From positions 46,390 to 110,389 of IMG/VR virus record IMGVR_UViG_3300017605_000140: DNA of 64,000 nucleotides. One strand, 5' to 3'. Each line of letters starts with the position of its first letter. The stretch's first letter is position 1. Position numbers and translations under genes: made by a program. Shown here piece after piece: positions 54,811-64,000 of this stretch. This DNA is from a virus. The notes under the pieces are model-generated. The model was not told the DNA's origin. It saw only the letters and a program-made list of their open reading frames with translations, and did not search any database.

Positions 54811-56250
54811 ATGCGTAAGGTCAAGCTCACAAAGGTCATGGTCGCGGCGCTCCGTGGCGTCACGTACTTGGAGGATGGGCGGATGATCCTCCCCGCAAAC
54901 ATCGGTGTCAGTACGGCTGTGGCACTAATCAACCGGGGTATCTGCTTGCCGCTCAGTCCCCGCAACGACGACGGAGTACACGCGCTCACTGTCCAGGGTG
55001 TCAGTGCATGGGCGACAGCCAGCGAGGAAGACTCGTGGAACGGCTGTACGGTGTCTGTGGACGACGAACCCGAGCACATGGCGGAGTTTGTCCCTAGCCT
55101 GTCCGGCGTGACGGTAGAGGGCGACGCGGACGTTCCTGCGGTCATCACCACGGCAGACGGGCCGGTCGAGGGTGAATTCGACTACGACGCTTACCGTGCT
55201 GGACTGAAGCTTGATCCGGAGGTACTGGCCATGTACACGGCATACGACGCTCACAAGATCATCACGGAGGCTTCCAAGTTGACAGCCAGCAAGGACGCTC
55301 ACGCCATGCGGCTGAGTGAGAGCGAGGCTTTGGAAGAGGCGTACAGCCACACCGACGACATCACCGACCATGAGAGCGTGTCTTCCTCGCTTGCCCTTGT
55401 GCGGGCGATTCAGGGCGGAGCCATTCCGGTTACTGGAGTTATTCAGGGGCTTCCGGGAATCAGCGGGCTTACTCGCTACCACAACCCTGCATGTGCAGAT
55501 GTCAAGCGGGAAATGAGCAGGTGGGGCCAGGAAATCGGGGATGACCACGATGACGCTATTCATATCGTGGTTTCCTCGGTCATGGATATCCTGGCATTCG
55601 AATTCGGGGATATCGCCAGCTCTACGGCCACGGAGGGCACTCCCGAATGGTGGGAGGAGATCGTGTACGAAGCCAATGGAGAAGAATGGTCCGGAGTCAG
55701 GATCATGCCGTGCCTTTCCCTTCCGATGGGCATGGCTGGTGTGCGGGAACTCGCTGTCAGGAACGGCAGGTTCGAACTCGTCAACGTGCTGGAGAGTGCA
55801 CGGTGTGTCCGGTGCAACGTGCATGGAGACGTGAGCATGCCTGGTAAGACGATCGAAGCGGAGGGGCACGTGTGCGGATTCTGCCTTGCGGTAGAAAAGG
55901 ATGACAGTCAGACATACGCGCCTATGATCCTGTGTGTCCCGTGCGGCACGTCCATTCACGACACTGCGGAATCCCGCAAGGGACACGAGGACTACTGGCA
56001 CAGTGAGAAGATTCCCGCCATCTACAGCACTGGTGAAACCCTGGTCACCAAGGAATACCTCTTGGAGATCATTGTCGATGACATCACGGGTGCGACTGTG
56101 GATCTCGGATGGCACACCTTCACTGTCACCCTTGACCAGGTCCATGACTACAGCATGATCGCTGAGCTGTATGGCGCCCTCAACGGTTCGGGCAAGCCTC
56201 GCCACGGTTGGGGAAGCCTGATCCGTGTCATAGACGTAGACGACGTCTAG
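54811..56250 (+). CDS. Large hypothetical early protein with CxxC motifs
   Basis: GAGGAG RBS before MRKVKL; GC3-rich codon use. Confidence 0.7.
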   Translation: MRKVKLTKVMVAALRGVTYLEDGRMILPANIGVSTAVALINRGICLPLSPRNDDGVHALTVQGVSAWATASEEDSWNGCTVSVDDEPEHMAEFVPSLSGVTVEGDADVPAVITTADGPVEGEFDYDAYRAGLKLDPEVLAMYTAYDAHKIITEASKLTASKDAHAMRLSESEALEEAYSHTDDITDHESVSSSLALVRAIQGGAIPVTGVIQGLPGISGLTRYHNPACADVKREMSRWGQEIGDDHDDAIHIVVSSVMDILAFEFGDIASSTATEGTPEWWEEIVYEANGEEWSGVRIMPCLSLPMGMAGVRELAVRNGRFELVNVLESARCVRCNVHGDVSMPGKTIEAEGHVCGFCLAVEKDDSQTYAPMILCVPCGTSIHDTAESRKGHEDYWHSEKIPAIYSTGETLVTKEYLLEIIVDDITGATVDLGWHTFTVTLDQVHDYSMIAELYGALNGSGKPRHGWGSLIRVIDVDDV

Positions 56251-56432
56251 AACCCTCGTGGGTTCCCCTGTAAGGGCTTAGGGGTACGGGGTAGGTATCT
56301 TCTCCCACCCCTGCTCTGAAAGGCTCTTAGACAGCCACTGGGAGATTTTACCCAAGCTTTACCCGTCAAGGGTATTGACACTCCCACCCCTCTAAGAGAC
56401 GTTGGAGTCTCCACACGAGAGAGGCGCACACG

Positions 56433-57413
56433 ATGATCACAGCGGCTGAGATGGTTCGGGTCACCCGTAAGGGCGGCAGTGTCACCCATCTTGCTCTGAG
56501 TGATGGTGTGCCCTCTCTGTGCGGCCGTGTCGCCTATGGCTCCGCTGGTGACTCCCGTCTGTGCAAGACGTGCTCGAAAATAGGGAAGGTGGGAGAGGTT
56601 ATGGGGGAATGGACAGACACCGAAAAGGTATTCATATCCCTGCCCCGTACAAGTGAGCAATGGGAAATGCTTTCTGACGTAATCTCTGATTACGAGGGTG
56701 GAGAGGAAAACAGCGTAAAGCGTATTGCGCTTTACCGTGCCGCTTTGGCTACTCGCAACTACAAGACAACCATTATCACCAATCACAGTGATGCCCATGT
56801 GCATAATGGCGATGGAAGTGTGATAGGTGGAGGAAAAGCAAAACGTCTGACCGGAGCCACAGAAAACCAGCGCATTGCATTGCGCAAAATGGCTGCTTTC
56901 GTTGATTCCCTTTTCTCGCAGCTTTTCGAATTGCAGGGAAAGCCGAAGGACGACGGATCTACGCTGGCCGAAATGACCGACGAATGGTTTGATGGATTGA
57001 AGCGTGATGCCATTGACCAACAATTCAAGATGCTTTCTTCTCTGATTGAGCGTCTTAAGCAAGAGGTTTACACGCTCAAGAATGCCGAAAGGCAGTCTGC
57101 TGTAAAGGAAAGCGGCATTCAGGAAGACGAAATCTTTGTCTTGGATGGTGAGTATTACAAGACAAAGAAGTCCAAGGCTGATAACCTCTACGCAATGCGT
57201 TGGGATGGTGGGGCATGGGACTACGCTTCTGCCAAGGGTGTCATCCGCAAGCTTACCCCTGAAATGCGCGCTACCGCCGAGCAGGCTGCCAAATTCGGGC
57301 ATACATACCATTGCTGTGTCTATTGCTCTCGTGGTCTGACGGACAGTCGCAGTGAGACCGTTGGGTACGGCCCCCGATGCGCGGAGAATTACGGACTCCC
57401 CTGGGGAGAGTAG
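56433..57413 (+). CDS. DUF6011-like zinc-finger protein
   Basis: C-terminal 'CVYCSRGLTD.RS..VGYGP.CA'. Confidence 0.75.
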   Translation: MITAAEMVRVTRKGGSVTHLALSDGVPSLCGRVAYGSAGDSRLCKTCSKIGKVGEVMGEWTDTEKVFISLPRTSEQWEMLSDVISDYEGGEENSVKRIALYRAALATRNYKTTIITNHSDAHVHNGDGSVIGGGKAKRLTGATENQRIALRKMAAFVDSLFSQLFELQGKPKDDGSTLAEMTDEWFDGLKRDAIDQQFKMLSSLIERLKQEVYTLKNAERQSAVKESGIQEDEIFVLDGEYYKTKKSKADNLYAMRWDGGAWDYASAKGVIRKLTPEMRATAEQAAKFGHTYHCCVYCSRGLTDSRSETVGYGPRCAENYGLPWGE

Positions 57414-57460
57414 GGGCATCGGTCCCGTGTGTGCTGACAAAATGGGTATCTGAAAGGCTG

Positions 57461-57664
57461 ATGGAAATGATTCTGAATGGATTCTTCAAATGCCCGTGCG
57501 GAAAGCTCCACACGCACGGGGGTCTGACTACCCTCTCTCGCTGCCCTACATGTGGTAGCGACTTGTGGGAGATTGCCGTCATGGGTAACCATTCCTACGC
57601 TACGCGTAAGTTTCACGACATCATGGGTCTTGCTCGGCAGATTGCGCGAGACCTGAACATCTAG
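57461..57664 (+). CDS. Small zinc-ribbon protein
   Basis: 'CPCG...CPTCG'; GAAAGG RBS. Confidence 0.6.
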   Translation: MEMILNGFFKCPCGKLHTHGGLTTLSRCPTCGSDLWEIAVMGNHSYATRKFHDIMGLARQIARDLNI

Positions 57665-57940
57665 CCTTACCGCTTTAGGCATCCTGGACGGCTCTCTACG
57701 GGCTTTCCAGGGTGTCTATGGCAGTAGGGACCACCTACAGCCTGAGAAGCTCTTAGAAAGGCATACAGAGCATGTTCAAGATCATAGTTCGTTGGATGCT
57801 CACCCGTAACAATGTCAGTTGGAACGATCCCCGTTGCGGGTGCCTGCGTTCCCCTGATGTGCCCTTCATGTCCCCGTGTCCTGAGGATGATGGACAGCAC
57901 GTATACGACCGGAATATCTGACTGAAAGGGGCGACAGACA

Positions 57941-58303
57941 GTGTCTAAGACTTTGAATGACATGATGGAAATTGACTACCCGGTAAGGGTGTCGGAGGAT
58001 GGGAGCCTTAGTTACGCTCCCGTGTATCCCCCTGATCTGTTCATCAATGCAACAAAAGAGGGGGATATTCTGCCAGAGCATGACACGGAAATGATGGCCT
58101 ACGCGGAAACCCAAGGATGGCATTTGCTTACCGGCTACTCTGGGCAGTATTCCTATTCCGGTCCGGTAATGCATCCTTGCGAATATATTGGGGGAGCACT
58201 GGAGGAATATATCATGTCCACCCCCGGAGTGTACGTTGTGGTTGTTCCTTACATGCTGGATAGTGAGGATGTCCCGGGATGGTGCATAGCTGAATTGATC
58301 TGA
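57941..58303 (+). CDS. Hypothetical early protein
   Basis: 'W.LL.GYSGQY.Y.GPVMH..E.IGG'. Confidence 0.7.
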   Translation: MSKTLNDMMEIDYPVRVSEDGSLSYAPVYPPDLFINATKEGDILPEHDTEMMAYAETQGWHLLTGYSGQYSYSGPVMHPCEYIGGALEEYIMSTPGVYVVVVPYMLDSEDVPGWCIAELI

Positions 58304-58395
58304 TTGTTGCTCAATATCATTTTGGAAGAAATTCCAAAGTGGTATTGTCCGCCAATCAATGAAGTGCATGATCCCAATGGAAAGGACAACTGAGA

Positions 58396-58725
58396 ATGCT
58401 TGAGTACAGCGACAACGAAATGAATGTATTCCGTAAAGTACTCGCGGCCGAGAAGTTCGATGAGGTGATCAGCACAACAACCGCTAGGGAGATTGCCTCA
58501 TGGTGGCACTCCCCGGCCTCCCTGAACTCGACTGCTCTTTCCACCAGGGGTATCGTGATGTGCAGTGCACGTCTGGGGGATTTCGCGGACCAGGATGAGT
58601 ACAACAAGGCCAGCAAAGAGCACAAGCGCGCTCTAGAAGCGCTGGACAGGTACCTCACGCACTGCCAGAGTCTCGGGATGGTCCGGCATCTTGCATGGTG
58701 TACCTGTGAGCACTTGGAAAACTGA
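58396..58725 (+). CDS. Hypothetical early protein
   Basis: 'AR.IASWWHSP....ALS..G'. Confidence 0.65.
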   Translation: MLEYSDNEMNVFRKVLAAEKFDEVISTTTAREIASWWHSPASLNSTALSTRGIVMCSARLGDFADQDEYNKASKEHKRALEALDRYLTHCQSLGMVRHLAWCTCEHLEN

Positions 58726-58741
58726 GAGGGGAGAAATCGAA

Positions 58742-59053
58742 ATGGCTATACCGGATGCCTGGTATAACGAAATCCATAAAGGCCATAAGATAATCTATTA
58801 CACGGTATTCCGTAAGAATGGAATTCCGTACCGCCGCTGTATCACTTGTACTCATAAAAATGAGTATATTGACGATTCAGTGATTGTGCGTGCAATTCGG
58901 GGAGAAAGAGGATTGTCTTTCAATTACCACGAAATGAGGGAAGTGGTGAAGAAGCTTTCCCCGAAAGAATCCGCAAGAGAGATATCCGAGATTCTGGGAT
59001 GCACAGAGCGAACCGTGTTCCGAATCAGAGCAGAACTCAGGAAGCCCCGCTAA
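58742..59053 (+). CDS. Helix-turn-helix DNA-binding protein
   Basis: 'SAREISEILGCTERTVFRIR'. Confidence 0.75.
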   Translation: MAIPDAWYNEIHKGHKIIYYTVFRKNGIPYRRCITCTHKNEYIDDSVIVRAIRGERGLSFNYHEMREVVKKLSPKESAREISEILGCTERTVFRIRAELRKPR

Positions 59054-59156
59054 GAGCCTTGCATGGCCTAGGTAGAGGAACTCCCCACCTAGCCCGTGTT
59101 GGACGCTTAGAGAGCCACACAGACCCCCTCTAGGCCCTAGTGAGAGGTACACCGAG

Positions 59157-59396
59157 ATGTATGCATGGTTCTACAACCAGGACGAAGACACCTACGAGTA
59201 CGGTTTCGAGGGATATCTTGCTCTGATATCCAAGGATTCCTTCGGCAATTGGGAGTTTGGTGTCTTCCTGGCCGGGCGTTGGATAGCGCGTGAGGGTGGG
59301 TTCCGCGTGCTGGAATCTGCTATGGTCGGAGCGTCTAACGCTATCTGGGATGATTACAATGACAGTGTGACTGTACTGGACTTCTGTGGAGCCTGA
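59157..59396 (+). CDS. Hypothetical protein
   Basis: GAGG RBS; 79 aa. Confidence 0.6.
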   Translation: MYAWFYNQDEDTYEYGFEGYLALISKDSFGNWEFGVFLAGRWIAREGGFRVLESAMVGASNAIWDDYNDSVTVLDFCGA

Positions 59397-59422
59397 CAGG
59401 CTGTAAGGGTTGACCAGGGAGA

Positions 59423-59451
59423 TTGACAGTTATGGTTTCCCTGGTTATACT
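59423..59451 (+). promoter_or_regulatory. Promoter followed by an AT-rich tract
   Basis: TTGACA-17 bp-TATACT. Confidence 0.65.
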
Positions 59452-59626
59452 CTTCTTTTATAAAGAAAAACATATATGCTTGTTTATAATTGAAATATAT
59501 ATATACTTTTTATTCTCCTTTATAAACAAGCATACATTATTTATGTATACCTCTTTATGTTTTTCTATGGAATACAAAAATATTTCTGTATTCTTTAGTT
59601 ATACACAATAGAGGAGAATATGTGTA

Positions 59627-59812
59627 ATGGAATACACAGAAATAACCATACGGTTTATTGATGGAACATATCTCACATGTAAAGTAACAGAAGAAAGCAT
59701 ATACACTCTTATTGATAACGTAAACACTGGAAATACTTACGTACTACTGGCTAATAATAAAACTGTGGTAATCAATACTAGAAATATCACTACTATTTCA
59801 TACACTGCGTAA
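59627..59812 (+). CDS. Hypothetical protein
   Basis: GAGGAG RBS; 61 aa. Confidence 0.6.
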   Translation: MEYTEITIRFIDGTYLTCKVTEESIYTLIDNVNTGNTYVLLANNKTVVINTRNITTISYTA

Positions 59813-60619
59813 TGCCCGGAATTACTATTAATGACTTAATAGTTGTTTTAGGTATTCCCCTGGTTATCATTATTGGTTTTCTGTTCTGGATTCTTATTTA
59901 TGGAACAAAGGGAGATAAGTAATGCTCTCATATCCTATTTACGGTTGCGAAATTACCAGTGTTCATTCTCCTCACCTTTTGGTGCATAAAGGTGTTTGGG
60001 TCCGGTGTGAAGGACTGGACGCTCCCCTTATTACAAAGGAGGACACAGAAATGGCTTCTACAGGGGCTGTAGAGCTTCCTACGATACGGGCTACCGGAGT
60101 AGGTCAGTACATGCTCACAGGGCTCTCAGAGGCTCACCTAGAGCGCTTGCGCGAAGCTCTTGACAGGGTTGCACTAGAGGACACAGCAGGGATAGATCTA
60201 CAACGGGCAGTCTACGACTACTGACTGACCTAGGAACGGCCGTTAAGGGGTCTGTATGACTCTCTAGCGGCCGTTCTGGCATGTCAGGGTATCTGAGGCT
60301 GTGCCGACACAGCGAGGCTCTCAGACAGGCATACAGAGCTTGTCACAGAGAGTAGCTAAAGATCTTGAAATCACTACTCTGGGGTGGTAGACACAGCATC
60401 TAGGCAAAGGTAATGTTCTACCTGTCAGCAAGGAACGGCCAAGACGGACAGCCCCTAGGGCCTAAAACGAGTCGAGGCACCCGGAGTTGACCTAGCGAAA
60501 GCTAGTTTGACAAGCAAGACGGCAAGTGCGAGACTTCTACACGAAGCAATACTGTTACTTGATAATTGAATAGTGGGTCATGCTAACTAGGCAGTTTTAA
60601 AGCTACTGGAATTCCAGAA

Positions 60620-60928
60620 ATGGGAAAATCCATGTTTGAGCAATTGGTAAAGCGTTTCTCTACCCTTGATGGTGTAGTATTCGAGAATCTTTCGGATGAT
60701 TACACAACTCATTGTTGGGTGAGTTTTCCGAATGGTTATTTCTTTTCGGCTATTCGAAACCGTGGGGAATACGGGTCTGAATATGGGCTTATAGATATTG
60801 CTGTATACGACAGTGAAGATAAAAACATCACGCATAAGGTATTTCCCGAGTATCACTGGGGTCGCATGAGTTGGACTGACGTAGTGAGCTACGTCGAGAA
60901 AACCGCCGCACTTCCCAAAGTGCCCTGA
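60620..60928 (+). CDS. Hypothetical protein enclosed by an inverted repeat
   Basis: 'F.NGY..S.I....YG...GL..IAV'. Confidence 0.7.
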   Translation: MGKSMFEQLVKRFSTLDGVVFENLSDDYTTHCWVSFPNGYFFSAIRNRGEYGSEYGLIDIAVYDSEDKNITHKVFPEYHWGRMSWTDVVSYVEKTAALPKVP

Positions 60929-61025
60929 GGTAATTTAACAGGTATTCCAGTAACTTTATAACTGCCTAGTAAGTATTTCTCTCCATATTGGCTGATCCTA
61001 AAATCACTGAATCCTGAAAGGGTTC

Positions 61026-61325
61026 ATGATGGAAAAAGAAATGTATGAGCGCGTCAATAACGGAATCGAGTTTCTTAACTCGTACTTCGGAATCCTTGAC
61101 GCGTGGATTAACCGAGTTGATCTCGAAAAGTTGGATATGCACAGTCTGAGTGACTGTATTGTAGGCCAAATCTTTGGGTACTACAAGTATTCCCTGTGGT
61201 GCAGTGAAGAAGACATAGAGTATTGCTCTGGTCATCCTTACGGGTTCGATGATTCGTCTGGTCGGTACACGGAATTGACCGAAGCATGGATTGTTGTTCT
61301 GTCCAATCTCCGGACAACGCTGTAA
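61026..61325 (+). CDS. Hypothetical protein (paralogue of 62073..62483) enclosed by an inverted repeat
   Basis: 'RV..G...L.....W...VD...LD......C..GQ'. Confidence 0.7.
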   Translation: MMEKEMYERVNNGIEFLNSYFGILDAWINRVDLEKLDMHSLSDCIVGQIFGYYKYSLWCSEEDIEYCSGHPYGFDDSSGRYTELTEAWIVVLSNLRTTL

Positions 61326-61607
61326 CTAGGGAATAACTGACTGGATTCAGTGATTTTAAGGTCAACCAAAAGGAGGTAATAACGTGTGGATTCCGTTCGA
61401 AACCGAAGGTGTATTCGAGTACATCAGCGAAAGTGTGATGATTTATCGTTCTGGGGAGCACGCCATGTATTTGCTAAAGGATTGGGAGCTTTACACGATC
61501 CTAAAGCAATCAGGTGATGAGTTTTTCATCTGGGAAACGAATTTCAGGAATCATGCCGAAGCTCTGAAAGTATTCATATCCCTGTAAGTAGTATAAAAGG
61601 AGGAAAT

Positions 61608-62009
61608 ATGTCTATTGATCTCACGATAGAGAATGTCATTGAGGCTCTGAAGGAAGCTGTAGCGGAAAAGGGTGAGGAGTACGTATACGTCAATAAGTAC
61701 GGACAATCCGCCCTCGATGATGATGGATATCCCTCCGGAATTTCCTGCCATTACCTAGATTTGGACAGCAATCCCAGTTGTATTGTTGGGAATGTGCTGT
61801 ACCGTTTGGGAGTACCCTTTAATGAAATGTACGACAATGGCGAGGATTCATCTGCTCTGGTTAAAAGACTTCACCAAGAGGGTGTAATAAGTGCAGTGCA
61901 ATTGGGGGTTCTCCCTATTCTGTACACTGCCCAAGGTATGCAGGATATGGGGGCTACCTGGGGAGTAGTACTGGAAAAAGCCATAGCTTTCGATGGTAAC
62001 ACCGACTAG
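61608..62009 (+). CDS. Hypothetical phage protein
   Basis: AGGAGG RBS; 'YVY...C.Y...PSCIVG..L', 'AQ..QD.G.TWG'. Confidence 0.7.
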   Translation: MSIDLTIENVIEALKEAVAEKGEEYVYVNKYGQSALDDDGYPSGISCHYLDLDSNPSCIVGNVLYRLGVPFNEMYDNGEDSSALVKRLHQEGVISAVQLGVLPILYTAQGMQDMGATWGVVLEKAIAFDGNTD

Positions 62010-62072
62010 CAGGTTTGCATCATTCTCACTATGTGAGAGTGGTGTTATCCGACTAGTTGAGAGGGAAATAAA

Positions 62073-62483
62073 ATGATCGATTATACGCCGGGAATGATCG
62101 ACTACGCTGCCCGGGTGGCAAAGGGAATTGCCTTGTTTGACGAGAAGTGGCCTGAGTGGTGGGTTGAGGGAGTCGGCATTAACGTCGATATCCTGGATAT
62201 CTCCGATGGTGGGCGTTGCGCTACTGCCCAAGCGGCACAGCGTTTGGGAGTCGGCCACTACTGGTTGGATGGCGCTAGGTATCTCGGTTTGACTACTTCG
62301 GAGGAAGGCACCTACATACACCATGGTTTCAATGTGGAAAATGGTCCAGATGAGTATGACGGAGATAGGTATGTTTCCCCGATTGATTGGGAAAACTACC
62401 GTGCCAGTGAGGCTCTGGATTTGCTGAACTACTTGTGGCGAAATGCTGTTATGGAGCGACGGAACGCTGCGAATAACACGTAA
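62073..62483 (+). CDS. Hypothetical protein (paralogue of 61026..61325)
   Basis: 'RV.KG..L.DE..P.WW...I....LDI....C..AQ'. Confidence 0.7.
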   Translation: MIDYTPGMIDYAARVAKGIALFDEKWPEWWVEGVGINVDILDISDGGRCATAQAAQRLGVGHYWLDGARYLGLTTSEEGTYIHHGFNVENGPDEYDGDRYVSPIDWENYRASEALDLLNYLWRNAVMERRNAANNT

Positions 62484-63136
62484 TTCGATTTAAGTCATAG
62501 CCGGAAATCCTTTCCTTGATGGAAATGTGTTCCGGAAATGGCTTTGACCGAATTACTAGAAAGGAATCGGTTATGGTAATTGCTCGTGTTCTTATGCTGC
62601 CGTTTGTGTGGGCATTCTTGGCTATTATGGCAGTGCTCATGCTAGTTACTGGTGGACTCAACTGGGCTGTTTCTGGTAATCCTTACCAAATTCGCCTCAC
62701 AATAGGGAAGTGAGAACAGTAATGAATCCGTTTGCAGCAGTAGCTCTGACTTTTGGAATCTTTGGATTCTCTTTTCTCTTGGTCGCGGGAATTTACTGGT
62801 TGGTGTACAAAGTTTTTGTATAATACGTCAAGCCCTAGCGGGATTGCATGGAAGGGAAAATAATGAGTAATGAACCGACTGATTGCCGCTCCCCCGAAGG
62901 AATTACAGAGGGGTTGGTGGATTCCGCGATTGGGGTTGTATGGGCCCTAGCATCAGGATCGTATGACCTTACACTGGATAATGTGAAGGGTGCTTTGCAG
63001 GACCTTTTCGAATCTCCTGAACTTGAAAAACTTCGAGCAGCAGCATACGCGGACTAGTGGGATTGCATGGAACCTAGAGAGATGCTAGGTTCTGTGTTGT
63101 TCACCTAGACAGTGGTGACTGACGGAAGGAAGAACA

Positions 63137-63520
63137 ATGAGTGTCAAGGCTCTTAGCGTGTTCGCGGACAATGGCAAGATCACTGTTCACTCTAGCCAGT
63201 GCTCTCATGTCGTGCGTGACTGGCGTAAGTACGGAACTCCTGTTGTCCAGTACGCTGAGTCTCAGATGGGTGCTATCCGACAGCTCAAGAGCGCGGGAAT
63301 CCGCATCGACTCTCTCCGCATCATGGGCTGCACAGAGCTTCCTGAGGGTTTCTGGAGCCGTACGCCGAGCGGTGAGCCCCTTCGGCTCTTGAGCACTGAG
63401 ACAGGCGCTGTACGGGCCACACGTAGGCTCGAAAGGCTGGTTGTTGAGGAGATGCGTACCGCCATCAACGACATGTCTCCCTACCTGCGTGAGATGCTGG
63501 GGCTTACCCGGCAGAGCTAG
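63137..63520 (+). CDS. Hypothetical protein
   Basis: GAAGGA RBS; 127 aa. Confidence 0.65.
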   Translation: MSVKALSVFADNGKITVHSSQCSHVVRDWRKYGTPVVQYAESQMGAIRQLKSAGIRIDSLRIMGCTELPEGFWSRTPSGEPLRLLSTETGAVRATRRLERLVVEEMRTAINDMSPYLREMLGLTRQS

Positions 63521-63605
63521 AGGGGTTGTGTCGGGCCTAGGCAGTAGTCTAGACTCGGCACTGTCCACCTAGACAAGGTGGCGGAATGAGTAGGGATGTT
63601 GGGTA

Positions 63606-63860
63606 ATGGACTTTGACGTGAGCCGTGCAGCGTTGCGCGAATTTGCAAAAATGCGGGATGCTAGTAAGCACCTGAGTGTTGATGTGGGTGTAGAAGTAAG
63701 CTATCTCTTGGGTCAGTTCATGGACTACGAAACAGTCACACTTAATTCCGGCATTGTGGTTTCCGTAGCAAGCGATGACCATGTGATTGTTCTGGACGAC
63801 GTGACAAACAGCCTTTACCGCGTTTCCAAGCCTAGGATAACTGTCACCCCAAACAATTAA
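63606..63860 (+). CDS. Hypothetical protein
   Basis: 84 aa ORF. Confidence 0.55.
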   Translation: MDFDVSRAALREFAKMRDASKHLSVDVGVEVSYLLGQFMDYETVTLNSGIVVSVASDDHVIVLDDVTNSLYRVSKPRITVTPNN

Positions 63861-63881
63861 ATTTCATTATTAGGAGGAAAA

Positions 63882-64000
63882 ATGGACCCCATTATTGCTG
63901 AAGAACTGGCTACCCGACTGGAATCGGGCAAGTATCCTCAAGGAACATGTGCCTTGCGAAAGGATAACGATGAATTTTGCTGCCTCGGTGTTCTGAGTGA
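63882..64000 (+). CDS. Hypothetical phage protein, truncated at the window edge
   Basis: AGGAGG RBS; 'L.SGKY.QG...L......FCCLGVL'. Confidence 0.65.
   Translation, partial: MDPIIAEELATRLESGKYPQGTCALRKDNDEFCCLGVLS

Noticed and set aside
54925-57440. Long minus-strand ORFs 54925..56205 and 56247..57440
   Set aside because: Antisense shadows of the plus-strand genes, which have an RBS and recognisable motifs.

Overview
This is a 64-kb piece of a large lytic myovirus (contractile-tailed Caudoviricetes). The host is probably actinobacterial or Streptomyces-like, inferred from gene families, a leaderless ORF and a UAA-anticodon Leu tRNA. Positions 1-36.9 kb hold an AT-rich, minus-strand morphogenesis module: terminase, portal, scaffold, major capsid, fibres, sheath, tube, chaperone, tape measure and baseplate. 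Positions 39.3-49.6 kb hold a leftward RNA cluster of 29 tRNAs covering all 20 amino acids. The cluster also contains a Ro60/TROVE gene preceded by four Y-RNA-like elements that share a covarying stem scaffold but carry different inserted domains, one being a complete permuted tRNA mimic of YrlA type. It further contains a 78-nt tmRNA tRNA-like domain with no mRNA part and many stem-closed spacer RNAs. After an AT-rich non-coding gap (about 52.6-53.6 kb), composition switches to GC-richer, plus-strand small early-type genes. That region has a type II hammerhead ribozyme, recurrent intergenic hairpins, and two genes each enclosed by its own 27-nt inverted repeat. Other notable items are a candidate +1 frameshift in the tail chaperone gene and a HAD phosphatase gene broken inside its DxD motif. 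All calls are by eye, with no searches or folding runs.
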